From Balanoglossus misakiensis (lineage: Eukaryota > Animalia > Hemichordata), in the NCBI GenBank assembly GCA_040954595.2, contig CM082577.2:20372303-20436302 (forward strand): a stretch of DNA of 64,000 nt. The letters are read 5' to 3'. Position 1 is the first letter of the stretch. Every line of letters starts with the position of its first letter. The notes beneath the pieces were generated by a model. That model searched no databases and had not been told where the DNA came from. It saw only the letters and a program-made list of their open reading frames with translations. The translations under genes and the position numbers were made by a program. This document shows, piece after piece, positions 13,301 to 27,100 of this stretch.

Positions 13301-16300
13301 AAACCTGAATCCTACACCATTGAACACATAGCCCGACTTGGCTAATTTTGTGGGTAACCGATCGACCTTCCATAGCTTATAAGGCAAGTGGGATCAAAAA
13401 ATATGGTTGCTTTGTTCTGCAAAAAGTGGTTTTAGAATTCAGGCACTTTCAGAAAAGGAAGAAACGTACACTTGCGACAAAAATGTTATCCATCAGGCTT
13501 CTCTTTAATGGAAAAGTTGGATAAAAAAATGAAGCCTACAGCACGTAGTATTCCCAGGCGGTCTCCCATCCAAGTACTAACTACGCCCAACGCAGGTTTG
13601 CTTCGGTGATCAGACGAGAACCGGCTTATTCTACGTGGTATGGCCGTAGGCGAAAGATGGTTGAATTTCTCCTACTATAAACCTGAATCCTACACCATTG
13701 AACACATAGCCCGACTTGGCTAATTTTGTGGGTAACCGATCGACCTTCCATAGCTTATAAGGCAAGTGGGATCAAAACATATGGTTTGTTTTGTTCTGCA
13801 AAAAGTGTTTTTAGAATTCAGGCACTTTCAGAAAAGGAAGAAACGGACACTTGCGACAAAAATGTTATCCATCAGGCTACTCTTTAATGGAAAAGTTGGA
13901 AAATAAAATGAAGCCTACAGCACGTAGTATTCCCAGGCGGTCTCCCATCCAAGTACTAACTACGCCCAACGCAGGTTTGCTTCGGTGATCAGACGAGAAC
14001 CGGCTTATTCTACGTGGTATGGCCGTAGGCGAAAGATGGTTGATTTTCTCCTACTATAAACCTGAATCCTACACCATTGAACACATAGCCCGACTTGGCT
14101 AATTTTGTGGGTAACCGATCGACCTTCCATAGCTTATAAGGCAAGTGGGATCAAAAAATATGGTTGCTTTGTTCTGCAAAAAGTGGTTTTAGAATTCAGG
14201 CACTTTCAGAAAAGGAAGAAACGTACACTTGCGACAAAAATGTTATCCATCAGGCTACTCTTTAATGGAAAAGTTGGATAAAAAAATGAAGCCTACAGCA
14301 CGTAATATTCCCAGGCGGTCTCCCATCCAAGTACTAACTACGCCCAACGCAGGTTTGCTTCGGTGATCAGACGAGAACCGGCTTATTCTACGTGGTATGG
14401 CCGTAGGCGAAAGATGGTTGAATTTCTCCTACTATAAACCTGAATCCTACACCATTGAACACATAGCCCGACTTGGCTAATTTTGTGGGTAACCGATCGA
14501 CATTCCATAGCTTATAAGGCAAGTGGGATAAAAAAATATGGTTTGTTTTTTTCTGCAAAAAGTGTTTTTAGAATTCAGGCACTTTCAGAAAAGGAAGAAA
14601 CGGACACTTGCGACAAAAATGCTTCGGTGATCAGACGAGAACCAGCTTATTCTACGTGGTATGGCCGTAGGCGAAAGATGGTTGAATTTCTCCTACTATA
14701 AACCTGAATCCTACACCATTGAACACATAGCCCGACTTGGCTAATTTTGTGGGTAACCGATCGACCTTCCATAGCTTATAAGGCAAGTGGGATCAAAACA
14801 TATGGTTTGTTTTGTTCTGCAAAAAGTGTTTTTAGAATTCAGGCACTTTCAGAAAAGGAAGAAACGTACACTTGCGACAAAAATGTCATCCATCAGGCTA
14901 CTCTTTAATGGAAAAGTTGCATAAAAAAATGAAGCCTACAGCACGTAGTATTCCCAGGCGGTCTCCCATCCAAGTACTAACTACGCCCAACGCAGGTTTG
15001 CTTCGGTGATCAGACGAGAACCGGCTTATTCTACGTGGTATGGCCGTAGGCGAAAGATGGTTGACTTTCTCCTACTATAAACATGAATCCTACAACATTG
15101 AACACATAGCCCGACTTGGCTAATTTTGTGGGTAACCGATCGACCTTCCATAGCTTATAAGGCAAGTGGGATCAAAACATATGGTTTGTTTTGTTCTGCA
15201 AAAAGTGTTTTTAGAATTCAGGCACTTTCAGAAAAGGAAGAAACGGACACTTGCGACAAAAATGTTATCCATCAGGCTACTCTTTAATGGAAAAGTTGTA
15301 TAAAAAAATGAAGCCTACAGCACGTAGTATTCCCAGGCGGTCTCCCATCCAAGTACTAACTACGCCCAACGCAGGTTTGCTTCGGTGATCAGACGAGAAC
15401 CGGCTTATTCTACGTGGTATGGCCGTAGGCGAAAGATGGTTGAATTTCTCCTACTATAAACCTGAATCCTACACCATTGAACACATAGCCCGACTTGGCT
15501 AATTTTGTGGGTAACCGATCGACCTTCCATAGCTTATAAGGCAAGTGGGATAAAAAAATATGGTTTGTTTTTTTCTGCAAAAAGTGTTTTTAGAATTCAG
15601 GCACTTTCAGAAAAGGAAGAAACGGACACTTGGACAAAAATGTTATCCATCAGTCTACTCTTTAATGGAAAAGTTGGGAAAAAAATGAAGCCTACAGCAC
15701 GTAATATTCCCAGGCGGTCTCCCATCCAAGTACTAACTACGCCCAACGCAGGTTTGCTTCGGTGATCAGACGAGAACCGGCTTATTCTACGTGGTATGGC
15801 CGTAGGCGAAAGATGGTTGAATTTCTCCTACTATAAACCTGAATCCTACACCATTGAACACATAGCCCGACTTGGCTAATTTTGTGGGTAACCGATCGAC
15901 CTTCCATAGCTTATAAGGCAAGTGGGATCAAAACATATGGTTTGTTTTGTTCTGCAAAAAGTGTTTTTAGAATTCAGGCACTTTCAGAAAAGGAAGAAAC
16001 GTACACTTGCGACAAAAATGTCATCCATCAGGCTACTCTTTAATGGAAAAGTTGCATAAAAAAATGAAGCCTACAGCACGTAGTATTCCCAGGCGGTCTC
16101 CCATCCAAGTACTAACTACGCCCAACGCAGGTTTGCTTCGGTGATCAGACGAGAACCGGCTTATTCTACGTGGTATGGCCGTAGGCGAAAGATGGTTGAC
16201 TTTCTCCTACTATAAACCTGAATCCTACAACATTGAACACATAGCCCGACTTGGCTAATTTTGTGGGTAACCGATCGACCTTCCATAGCTTATAAGGCAA

Positions 16301-19300
16301 GTGGGATCAAAACATATGGTTTGTTTTGTTCTGCAAAAAGTGTTTTTAGAATTCAGGCACTTTCAGAAAAGGAAGAAACGGACACTTGCGACAAAAATGT
16401 TATCCATCAGGCTACTCTTTAATGGAAAAGTTGTATAAAAAAATGAAGCCTACAGCACGTAGTATTCCCAGGCGGTCTCCCATCCAAGTACTAACTACGC
16501 CCAACGCAGGTTTGCTTCGGTGATCAGACGAGAACCGGCTTATTCTACGTGGTATGGCCGTAGGCGAAAGATGGTTGAATTTCTCCTACTATAAACCTGA
16601 ATCCTACACCATTGAACACATAGCCCGACTTGGCTAATTTTGTGGGTAACCGATCGACCTTCCATAGCTTATAAGGCAAGTGGGATAAAAAAATATGGTT
16701 TGTTTTTTTCTGCAAAAAGTGTTTTTAGAATTCAGGCACTTTCAGAAAAGGAAGAAACGGACACTTGGACAAAAATGTTATCCATCAGTCTACATTTTAA
16801 TGGAAAAGTTGGGAAAAAAATGAAGCCTACAGCACGTAATATTCCCAGGCGGTCTCCCATCCAAGTACTAACTACGCCCAACGCAGGTTTGCTTCGGTGA
16901 TCAGACGAGAACCGGCTTATTCTACGTGGTATGGCCGTAGGCGAAAGATGGTTGAATTTCTCCTACTATAAACCTGAATCCTACACCATTGAACACATAG
17001 CCCGACTTGGCTAATTTTGTGGGTAACCGATCGACCTTCCATAGCTTATAAGGCAAGTGGGATCAAAACATATGGTTTGTTTTGTTCTGCAAAAAGTGTT
17101 TTTAGAATTCAGGCACTTTCAGAAAAGGAAGAAACGTACACTTGCGACAAAAATGTCATCCATCAGGCTACTCTTTAATGGAAAAGTTGGATAAAAAAAT
17201 GAAGCCTACAGCACGTAGTATTCCCAGGCGGTCTCCCATCCAAGTACTAACTACGCCCAACGCAGGTTTGCTTCGGTGATCAGACGAGAACCGGCTTATT
17301 CTACGTGGTATGGCCGTAGGCGAAAGATGGTTGACTTTCTCCTACTATAAACCTGAATCCTACAACATTGAACACATAGCCCGACTTGGCTAATTTTGTG
17401 GGTAACCGATCGACCTTCCATAGCTTATAAGGCAAGTGGGATCAAAACATATGGTTTGTTTTGTTCTGCAAAAAGTGTTTTTAGAATTCAGGCACTTTCA
17501 GAAAAGGAAGAAACGGACACTTGCGACAAAAATGTTATCCATCAGGCTACTCTTTAATGGAAAAGTTGGATAAAAAAATGAAGCCTACAGCACGTAGTAT
17601 TCCCAGGCGGTCTCCCATCCAAGTACTAACTACGCCCAACGCAGGTTTGCTTCGGTGATCAGACGAGAACCGGCTTATTCTACGTGGTATGGCCGTAGGC
17701 GAAAGATGGTTGACTTTCTCCTACTATAGACCTGAATCCTACAACATTGAACACATAGCCCGACTTGGCTAATTTTGTGGGTAACCGATCGACCTTCCAT
17801 AGCTTATAAGGCAAGTGGGATCAAAACATATGGTTTGTTTTGTTCTGCAAAAAGTGTTTTTAGAATTCAGGCACTTTCAGAAAAGGAAGAAACGGACACT
17901 TGCGACAAAAATGTTATCCATCAGGCTACTCTTTAATGGAAAAGTTGGATAAAAAAATGAAGCCTACAGCACGTAGTATTCCCAGGCGGTCTCCCATCCA
18001 AGTACTAACTACGCCCAACGCAGGTTTGCTTCGGTGATCAGACGAGAACCGGCTTATTCTACGTGGTATGGCCGTAGGCGAAAGATGGTTGAATTTCTCC
18101 TACTATAAACCTGAATCCTACACCATTGAACACATAGCCCGACTTGGCTAATTTTGTGGGTAACCGATCGACCTTCCATAGCTTATAAGGCAAGTGGGAT
18201 CAAAAAATATGGTTTGTTTTTTTCTGCAAAAAGTGTTTTTAGAATTCAGGCACTTTCAGAAAAGGAAGAAACGGACACTTGGACAAAAATGTTATCCATC
18301 AGGCTACTCTTTAATGGAAAAGTTGGGAAAAAAATGAAGCCTACAGCACGTAATATTCCCAGGCGGTCTCCCATCCAAGTACTAACTACGCCCAACGCAG
18401 GTTTGCTTCGGTGATCAGACGAGAACCGGCTTATTCTACGTGGTATGGCCGTAGGCGAAAGATGGTTGAATTTCTCCTACTATAAACCTGAATCCTACAC
18501 CATTGAACACATAGCCCGACTTGGCTAATTTTGTGGGTAACCGATCGACATTCCATAGCTTATAAGGCAAGTGGGATCAAAACATATGGTTTGTTTTGTT
18601 CTGCAAAAAGTGTTTTTAGAATTCAGGCACTTTCAGAAAAGGAAGAAACGGACACTTGCGACAAAAATGTTATCCATCAGGCTACTCTTTAATGGAAAAG
18701 TTGTATAAAAAAATGAAGCCTACAGCACGTAGTATTCCCAGGCGGTCTCCCATCCAAGTACTAACTACGCCCAACGCAGGTTTGCTTCGGTGATCAGACG
18801 AGAACCGGCTTATTCTACGTGGTATGGCCGTAGGCGAAAGATGGTTGAATTTCTCCTACTATAAACCTGAATCCTACACCATTGAACACATAGCCCGACT
18901 TGGCTAATTTTGTGGGTAACCGATCGACCTTCCATAGCTTATAAGGCAAGTGGGATAAAAAAATATGGTTTGTTTTTTTCTGCAAAAAGTGTTTTTAGAA
19001 TTCAGGCACTTTCAGAAAAGGAAGAAACGGACACTTGGACAAAAATGTTATCCATCAGTCTACTCTTTAATGGAAAAGTTGGGAAAAAAATGAAGCCTAC
19101 AGCACGTAATATTCCCAGGCGGTCTCCCATCCAAGTACTAACTACGCCCAACGCAGGTTTGCTTCGGTGATCAGACGAGAACCGGCTTATTCTACGTGGT
19201 ATGGCCGTAGGCGAAAGATGGTTGAATTTCTCCTACTATAAACCTGAATCCTACACCATTGAACACATAGCCCGACTTGGCTAATTTTGTGGGTAACCGA

Positions 19301-22300
19301 TCGACCTTCCATAGCTTATAAGGCAAGTGGGATCAAAACATATGGTTTGTTTTGTTCTGCAAAAAGTGTTTTTAGAATTCAGGCACTTTCAGAAAAGGAA
19401 GAAACGGACACTTGCGACAAAAATGTTATCCATCAGGCTACTCTTTAATGGAAAAGTTGGATAAAAAAATGAAGCCTACAGCACGTAGTATTCCCAGGCG
19501 GTCTCCCATCCAAGTACTAACTACGCCCAACGCAGGTTTGCTTCGGTGATCAGACGAGAACCGGCTTATTCTACGTGGTATGGCCGTAGGCGAAAGATGG
19601 TTGAATTTCTCCTACTATAAACCTGAATCCTACACCATTGAACACATAGCCCGACTTGGCTAATTTTGTGGGTAACCGATCGACCTTCCATAGCTTATAA
19701 GGCAAGTGGGATCAAAAAATATGGTTTGTTTTTTTCTGCAAAAAGTGTTTTTAGAATTCAGGCACTTTCAGAAAAGGAAGAAACGGACACTTGGACAAAA
19801 ATGTTATCCATCAGGCTACTCTTTAATGGAAAAGTTGGGAAAAAAATGAAGCCTACAGCACGTAATATTCCCAGGCGGTCTCCCATCCAAGTACTAACTA
19901 CGCCCAACGCAGGTTTGCTTCGGTGATCAGACGAGAACCGGCTTATTCTACGTGGTATGGCCGTAGGCGAAAGATGGTTGAATTTCTCCTACTATAAACC
20001 TGAATCCTACACCATTGAACACATAGCCCGACTTGGCTAATTTTGTGGGTAACCGATCGACATTCCATAGCTTATAAGGCAAGTGGGATAAAAAAATATG
20101 GTTTGTTTTGTTCTGCAAAAAGTGTTTTTAGAATTCAGGCACTTTCAGAAAAGGAAGAAACGGACACTTGCGACAAAAATGCTTCGGTGATCAGACGAGA
20201 ACCGGCTTATTCTACGTGGTATGGCCGTAGGCGAAAGATGGTTGAATTTCTCCTACTATAAACCTGAATCCTACACCATTGAACACATAGCCCGACTTGG
20301 CTAATTTTGTGGGTAACCGATCGACCTTCCATAGCTTATAAGGCAAGTGGGATCAAAACATATGGTTTGTTTTGTTCTGCAAAAAGTGTTTTTAGAATTC
20401 AGGCACTTTCAGAAAAGGAAGAAACGCACACTTGCGACAAAAATGTCATCCATCAGGCTACTCTTTAATGGAAAAGTTGGATAAAAAAATGAAGCCTACA
20501 GCACGTAGTATTCCCAGGCGGTCTCCCATCCAAGTACTAACTACGCCCAACGCAGGTTTGCTTCGGTGATCAGACGAGAACCGGCTTATTCTACGTGGTA
20601 TGGCCGTAGGCGAAAGATGGTTGACTTTCTCCTACTATAAACCTGAATCCTACAACATTGAACACATAGCCCGACTTGGCTAATTTTGTGGGTAACCGAT
20701 CGACCTTCCATAGCTTATAAGGCAAGTGGGATCAAAACATATGGTTTGTTTTGTTCTGCAAAAAGTGTTTTTAGAATTCAGGCACTTTCAGAAAAGGAAG
20801 AAACGGACACTTGCGACAAAAATGTTATCCATCAGGCTACTCTTTAATGGAAAAGTTGGATAAAAAAATGAAGCCTACAGCACGTAGTATTCCCAGGCGG
20901 TCTCCCATCCAAGTACTAACTACGCCCAACGCAGGTTTGCTTCGGTGATCAGACGAGAACCGGCTTATTCTACGTGGTATGGCCGTAGGCGAAAGATGGT
21001 TGAATTTCTCCTACTATAAACCTGAATCCTACACCATTGAACACATAGCCCTACTTGGCTAATTTTGTGGGTAACCGATCGACCTTCCATAGCTTATAAG
21101 GCAAGTGGGATAAAAAAATATGGTTTGTTTTTTTCTGCAAAAAGTGTTTTTAGAATTCAGGCACTTTCAGAAAAGGAAGAAACGGACACTTGCGACAAAA
21201 ATGTTATCCATCAGGCTACTCTTTAATGGAAAAGTTGGAAAATAAAATGAAGCCTACAGCACGTAGTATTCCCAGGCGGTCTCCCATCCAAGTACTAACT
21301 ACGCCCAACGCAGGTTTGCTTCGGTGATCAGACGAGAACCGGCTTATTCTACGTGGTATGGCCGTAGGCGAAAGATGGTTGAATTTCTCCTACTATAAAC
21401 CTGAATCCTACACCATTGAACACATAGCCCGACTTGGCTAATTTTGTGGGTAACCGATCGACCTTCCATAGCTTATAAGGCAAGTGGGATAAAAAAAAAA
21501 TGGTTTGTTTTGTTCTGCAAAAAGTGTTTTTAGAATTCAGGCACTTTCAGAAAAGGAAGAAACGGACACTTGGACAAAAATGTTATCCATCAGGCTACTC
21601 TTTAATGGAAAAGTTGGGAAAAAAATGAAGCCTACAGCACGTAATATTCCCAGGCGGTCTCCCATCCAAGTACTAACTACGCCCAACGCAGGTTTGCTTC
21701 GGTGATCAGACGAGAACCGGCTTATTCTACGTGGTATGGCCGTAGGCGAAAGATGGTTGAATTTCTCCTACTATAAACCTGAATCCTACACCATTGAACA
21801 CATAGCCCGACTTGGCTAATTTTGTGGGTAACCGATCGACCTTCCATAGCTTATAAGGCAAGTGGGATCAAAACATATGGTTTGTTTTGTTCTGCAAAAA
21901 GTGTTTTTAGAATTCAGGCACTTTCAGAAAAGGAAGAAACGGACACTTGCGACAAAAATGTTATCCATCAGGCTACTCTTTAATGGAAAAGTTGGAAAAT
22001 AAAATGAAGCCTACAGCACGTAGTATTCCCAGGCGGTCTCCCATCCAAGTACTAACTACGCCCAACGCAGGTTTCCTTCGGTGATCAGACGAGAACCGGC
22101 TTATTCTACGTGGTATGGCCGTAGGCGAAAGATGGTTGAATTTCTCCTACTATAAACCTGAATCCTACACCATTGAACACATAGTCTGACTTGGCTAATT
22201 TTGTGGGTAACCGATCGACCTTCCATAGCTTATAAGGCAAGTGGGATAAAAAAATATGGTTTGTTTTGTTCTGCAAAAAGTGTTTTTAGAATTCAGGCAC

Positions 22301-25298
22301 TTTCAGAAAAGGAAGAAACGGACACTTGCGACAAAAATGCTTCGGTGATCAGACGAGAACCGGCTTATTCTACGTGGTATGGCCGTAGGCGAAAGATGGT
22401 TGAATTTCTCCTACTATAAACCTGAATCCTACACCATTGAACACATAGCCCGACTTGGCTAATTTTGTGGGTAACCGATCGACCTTCCATAGCTTATAAG
22501 GCAAGTGGGATCAAAAAATATGGTTGCTTTGTTCTGCAAAAAGTGGTTTTAGAATTCAGGCACTTTCAGAAAAGGAAGAAACGTACACTTGCGACAAAAA
22601 TGTTATCCATCAGGCTACTCTTTAATGGAAAAGTTGGATAAAAAAAATGAAGCCTACAGCATGTAGTATTCCCAGGCGGTCTCCCATCCAAGTACTAACT
22701 ACGCCCAACGCAGGTTTGCTTCGGTGATCAGACGAGAACCGGCTTATTCTACGTGATATGGCCGTAGGCGAAAGATGGTTGAATTTCTCCTACTATAAAC
22801 CTGAATCCTACACCATTGAACACATAGCCCGACTTGGCTAATTTTGTGGGTAACCGATCGACCTTACATAGCTTATAAGGCAAGTGGGATCAAAAAATAT
22901 GGTTTGTTTTGTTCTGCAAAAAGTGTTTTTAGAATTCAGGCACTTTCAGAAAAGGAAGAAACGTACACTTGCGACAAAAATGTCATCCATCAGGCTACTC
23001 TTTAATGGAAAAGTTGGATAAAAAAATGAAGCCTACAGCACGTAGTATTCCCAGGCGGTCTCCCAACCAAGTACTAACTACGCCCAACGCAGGTTTGCTT
23101 CGGTGATCAGACGAGAACCGGCTTATTCTACGTGGTATGGCCGTAGGCGAAAGATGGTTGAATTTCTCCTACTATAAACCTGAATCCTACACCATTGAAC
23201 ACATAGCCCGACTTGGCTAATTTTGTGGGTAACCGATCGACCTTCCATAGCTTATAAGGCAAGTGGGATCAAAACATATGGTTTGTTTTGTTCTGCAAAA
23301 AGTGTTTTTAGAATTCAGGCACTTTCAGAAAAGGAAGAAACGGACACTTGCGACAAAATGTTATCCATCAGGCTACTCTTTAATGGAAAAGTTGGAAAAT
23401 AAAATGAAGCCTACAGCACGTAGTATTCCCAGGCGGTCTCCCATCCAAGTACTAACTACGCCCAACGCAGGTTTGCTTCGGTGATCAGACGAGAACCGGC
23501 TTATTCTACGTGGTATGGCCGTAGGCGAAAGATGGTTGAATTTCTCCTACTATAAACCTGAATCCTACACCATTGAACACATAGCCCGACTTGGCTAATT
23601 TTGTGGGTAACCGATCGACCTTCCATAGCTTATAAGGCAAGTGGGATAAAAAAAATATGGTTTGTTTTGTTCTGCAAAAAGTGTTTTTAGAATTCAGGCA
23701 CTTTCAGAAAAGGAAGAAACGGACACTTGCGACAAAAATGTTATCCATCAGGCTACTCTTTAATGGAAAAGTTGGATAAAAAAATGAAGCCTACAGCACG
23801 TAGTATTCCCAGGCGGTCTCCCATCCAAGTACTAACTACGCCCAACGCAGGTTTGCTTCGGTGATCAGACGAGAACCGGCTTATTCTACGTGGTATGGCC
23901 GTAGGCGAAAGATGGTTGAATTTCTCCTACTATAAACCTGAATCCTACACCATTGAACACATAGCCCGACTTGGCTAATTTTGTGGGTAACCGATCGACC
24001 TTCCATAGCTTATAAGGCAAGTGGGATCAAAACATATGGTTTGTTTTGTTCTGCAAAAAGTGTTTTTAGAATTCAGGCACTTTCTGAAAAGGAAGAAACG
24101 GACACTTGCGACAAAAATGTTATCCATCAGGCTACTCTTTAATGGAAAAGTTGGAAAATAAAATGAAGCCTACAGCACGTAGTATTCCCAGGCGGTCTCC
24201 CATCCAAGTACTAACTACGCCCAACGCAGGTTTGCTTCGGTGATCAGACGAGAACCGGCTTATTCTACGTGGTATGGCCGTAGGCGAAAGATGGTTGAAT
24301 ATCTCCTACTATAAACCTGAATCCTACACCATTGAACACATAGCCCGACTTGGCTAATTTTGTGGGTAACCGATCGACCTTCCATAGCTTATAAGGCAAG
24401 TGGGATAAAAAAATATGGTTTGTTTTTTTCTGCAAAAAGTGTTTTTAGAATTCAGGCACTTTCAGAAAAGGAAGAAACGGACACTTGGACAAAAATGTTA
24501 TCCATCAGGCTACTCTTTAATGGAAAATTTGGGAAAAAAATGAAGCCTACAGCACGTAATATTCCCAGGCGGTCTCCCATCCAAGTACTAACTACGCCCA
24601 ACGCAGGTTTGCTTCGGTGATCAGACGAGAACCGGCTTATTCTACGTGGTATGGCCGTCGGCGAAAGATGGTTGAATTTCTCCTACTATAAACCTGAATC
24701 CTACACCATTGAACACATAGCCCGACTTGGCTAATTTTGTGGGTAACCGATCGACCTTCCATAGCTTATAAGGCAAGTGGGATAAAAAAATATGGTTTGT
24801 TTTGTTCTGCAAAAAGTGTTTTTAGAATTCAGGCACTTTCAGAAAAGGAAGAAACGGACACTTGCGACAAAAATGTTATCCATCAGGCTACTCTTTAATG
24901 GAAAAGTTGGGAAAAAAATGAAGCCTACAGCACGTAGTATTCCCAGGCGGTCTCCCATCCAAGTACTAACTACGCCCAACGCAGGTTTGCTTCGGTGATC
25001 AGACGAGAACCGGCTTATTCTACGTGGTATGGCCGTAGGCGAAAGATGGTTGAATTTCTCCTACTATAAACCCGAATCTTACACCATTGAACACATAGCC
25101 CGACTTGGCTAATTTTGTGGGTAACCGATCGACCTTCCATAGCTTATAAGGCAAGTGGGATCAAAACATATGGTTTGTTTTGTTCTGCAAAAGTGTTTTT
25201 AGAATTCAGGCACTTTCAGAAAAGGAAGAAACGGACACTTGCGACAAAAATGTTATCCATCAGGCTACTCTTTAATGGAAAAGTTGGGGGAAAAAATG

Positions 25299-25394
25299 AA
25301 GCCCAAAGGATGTAGTATTCCCAGGCGGTCTCCCATCCAAGTACTAACTACGCCCAACGCAGGTTTGCTTCGGTGATCAGACGAGAACCGGCTT
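25299..25394 (-). pseudogene. 3' part (nt 25-120) of the 5S gene interrupted by the retrotransposon
   Basis: 5S sequence runs directly into the element's poly(T). It carries 4 substitutions near the 3' end (gcccaaaggatg vs gcctacagcacg). Confidence 0.92.
25376..25392. repeat. Target-site duplication, left copy (atcagacgagaaccggc, 17 bp; 19 bp if the following tt is included)
   Basis: Identical sequence flanks the other end at 31059-31075(77). It is present once in uninterrupted units. Confidence 0.93.
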
Positions 25395-25416
25395 TTTTTT
25401 TTTTTTATCTTTTATT
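25393..25416 (-). other. Poly(A) tail (T14 on + strand, 25393-25406) with AATAAA signal (25411-25416)
   Basis: Minus strand reads AATAAAAGAT followed by A14, abutting the TSD. Confidence 0.9.
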
Positions 25417-25786
25417 AAAAAGGACAGGCCCACTGGCTTGCCCTGTTAAAATAGATTGTACATTACAAGTAGCTTGTAATTACAGTGAAAGATTCATATT
25501 AAATATTGTCATAAATTCTACTACTATTGCAAATCATTACAATACTGATGAAAAATCATATACTGGAATGAATGCATGTGTAATCACATCATTCAATATA
25601 AACAATCTTTAAATTCACAATATTGCATTACAGCATTCCATCATTTATGTAAATCCTACTCCAATCTGTCATAGAATTGTGAGATACAAATTCATTATAG
25701 GAACAATTACCAGTAAAAAAAGATGGTATGTAACACCAGAGGGCGCCAGGTTCAACTGAAGGTGACAACATAGACAAAAAGACTGT

Positions 25787-27100
25787 TTAAAAATTGAAGG
25801 TAAAGTCAAAATCTTTTACCGTTACAAGTACATTGTTTTGTGCAAAGATGCTTTCAAATAGAACAACATCATCGCTTGCTTTGCACCTGTTATATTCAAA
25901 AGTGATTTTCTGTTTTAATTTGTACTTAAAGAACTTGATCAAGTCGATTTTCCGAGTACAACGCTTGTATGCTAATCTTCTACTATGAATTGTATAACGT
26001 GAAAGTGACAATAAAATATTGATCAGCGTGTACTCGTACTTGTCATCCTTGACAGGGTAACCAAATAACATCATTAGAATTCTATCTGTTGGGTTAAACT
26101 TATTTACATTACTGGCACTGTAGATATACTCAAAAACAAGTTGCCACAAGGATTGAATTGTCTGGCAGCACACAAACAAATGGTACACGTCTTCGGGAAA
26201 AAATGTGCAGAAGTCACAAGTCGGACTGAGGATTTTACCTGCTTTGTAAAGACGAAGATTACTAAAAACAGCGTTGTGACAAATGAGATAGTCCAGATCA
26301 CCCAGGTAATTATCCTTGAAATTTGTGTAAACGATTGGCCAAACCTTACTAAAATCAAGGTTTGGCAGGTGAAAGAGCCAATACTGAACACCCGTGGGCA
26401 CTGTTTTTCTCAGATGCCGAGCTATTGTAGAAATGTGTCTAACCTTAAGAGAATGGAAAGGAACACGTTGATCATGAGCATTAACAATAAAGAGAGACGG
26501 TTTTTTGTCCACTTTGTTATAATCTGTGTAATTACCCTGTAGAATATCATGCCACTTTTGAGGAATTGAATTGAGGATAATATGGTAGTGCTTCTCAACA
26601 GTATTGCTTGTGGGAGTGTCAGCATGGGCCAATGAAACCATGTCAACAATTGCAACAACAGGTAAGAACCCAGGAATGACCTCGTATAACAAATCCCTGA
26701 TTTTGACAATGCCAGCTGAACTGAAAAGTTTTATGATCGGCAGAGGGCACCCTTCAACACTTGTAATGAAGGGGTTGTGAAAAATGGGTTCATTGATAAT
26801 TTCATCGTAGGAAACTGGTTGTGCACGTGAATACTTGAAAAGATGCGACCAAGACTGAATTAATTCCCTGTAGAAATTAGAACACTGACGTAAGTTGGTA
26901 GGATAAAGTAACATTTTAAAAGTGTCAACACCACAATTGAGATCGAGATGCTTATTTAAGTTGTAGGTGAAAAACAGCTTGAATTTGTGAACATAATCTT
27001 TATCCAGTAATTTACACAACCACTTGAGACGAAGTGCATGCACTTTGTCTTGAATATTTGTGACTTTTAGTCCCCCATCTTGAATGTCGGAAGTGCTCAT
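25787..27100 (-). CDS. ORF2 C-terminal part (post-RT region and CCHC zinc finger), separated from the N-terminal part by a frameshift
   Basis: GGLKVTNIQDKVHALRLKWL is typical of L1/Tx1 post-RT sequence, and CDFCTFFPEDVYHLFVCC is the zinc finger. It overlaps the upstream ORF in a different frame. Confidence 0.85.
   Translation of the reverse strand: MSTSDIQDGGLKVTNIQDKVHALRLKWLCKLLDKDYVHKFKLFFTYNLNKHLDLNCGVDTFKMLLYPTNLRQCSNFYRELIQSWSHLFKYSRAQPVSYDEIINEPIFHNPFITSVEGCPLPIIKLFSSAGIVKIRDLLYEVIPGFLPVVAIVDMVSLAHADTPTSNTVEKHYHIILNSIPQKWHDILQGNYTDYNKVDKKPSLFIVNAHDQRVPFHSLKVRHISTIARHLRKTVPTGVQYWLFHLPNLDFSKVWPIVYTNFKDNYLGDLDYLICHNAVFSNLRLYKAGKILSPTCDFCTFFPEDVYHLFVCCQTIQSLWQLVFEYIYSASNVNKFNPTDRILMMLFGYPVKDDKYEYTLINILLSLSRYTIHSRRLAYKRCTRKIDLIKFFKYKLKQKITFEYNRCKASDDVVLFESIFAQNNVLVTVKDFDFTFNF

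Larger units (their letters stand above)
1..25392 (-). repeat. 5S rDNA tandem array, left arm (~69 units of ~378 bp, six of them 264-bp deletion units)
   Basis: Near-identical ~378-bp period throughout. Each unit contains the reverse complement of a 120-nt 5S rRNA. Unit count is estimated from length. Confidence 0.97.
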
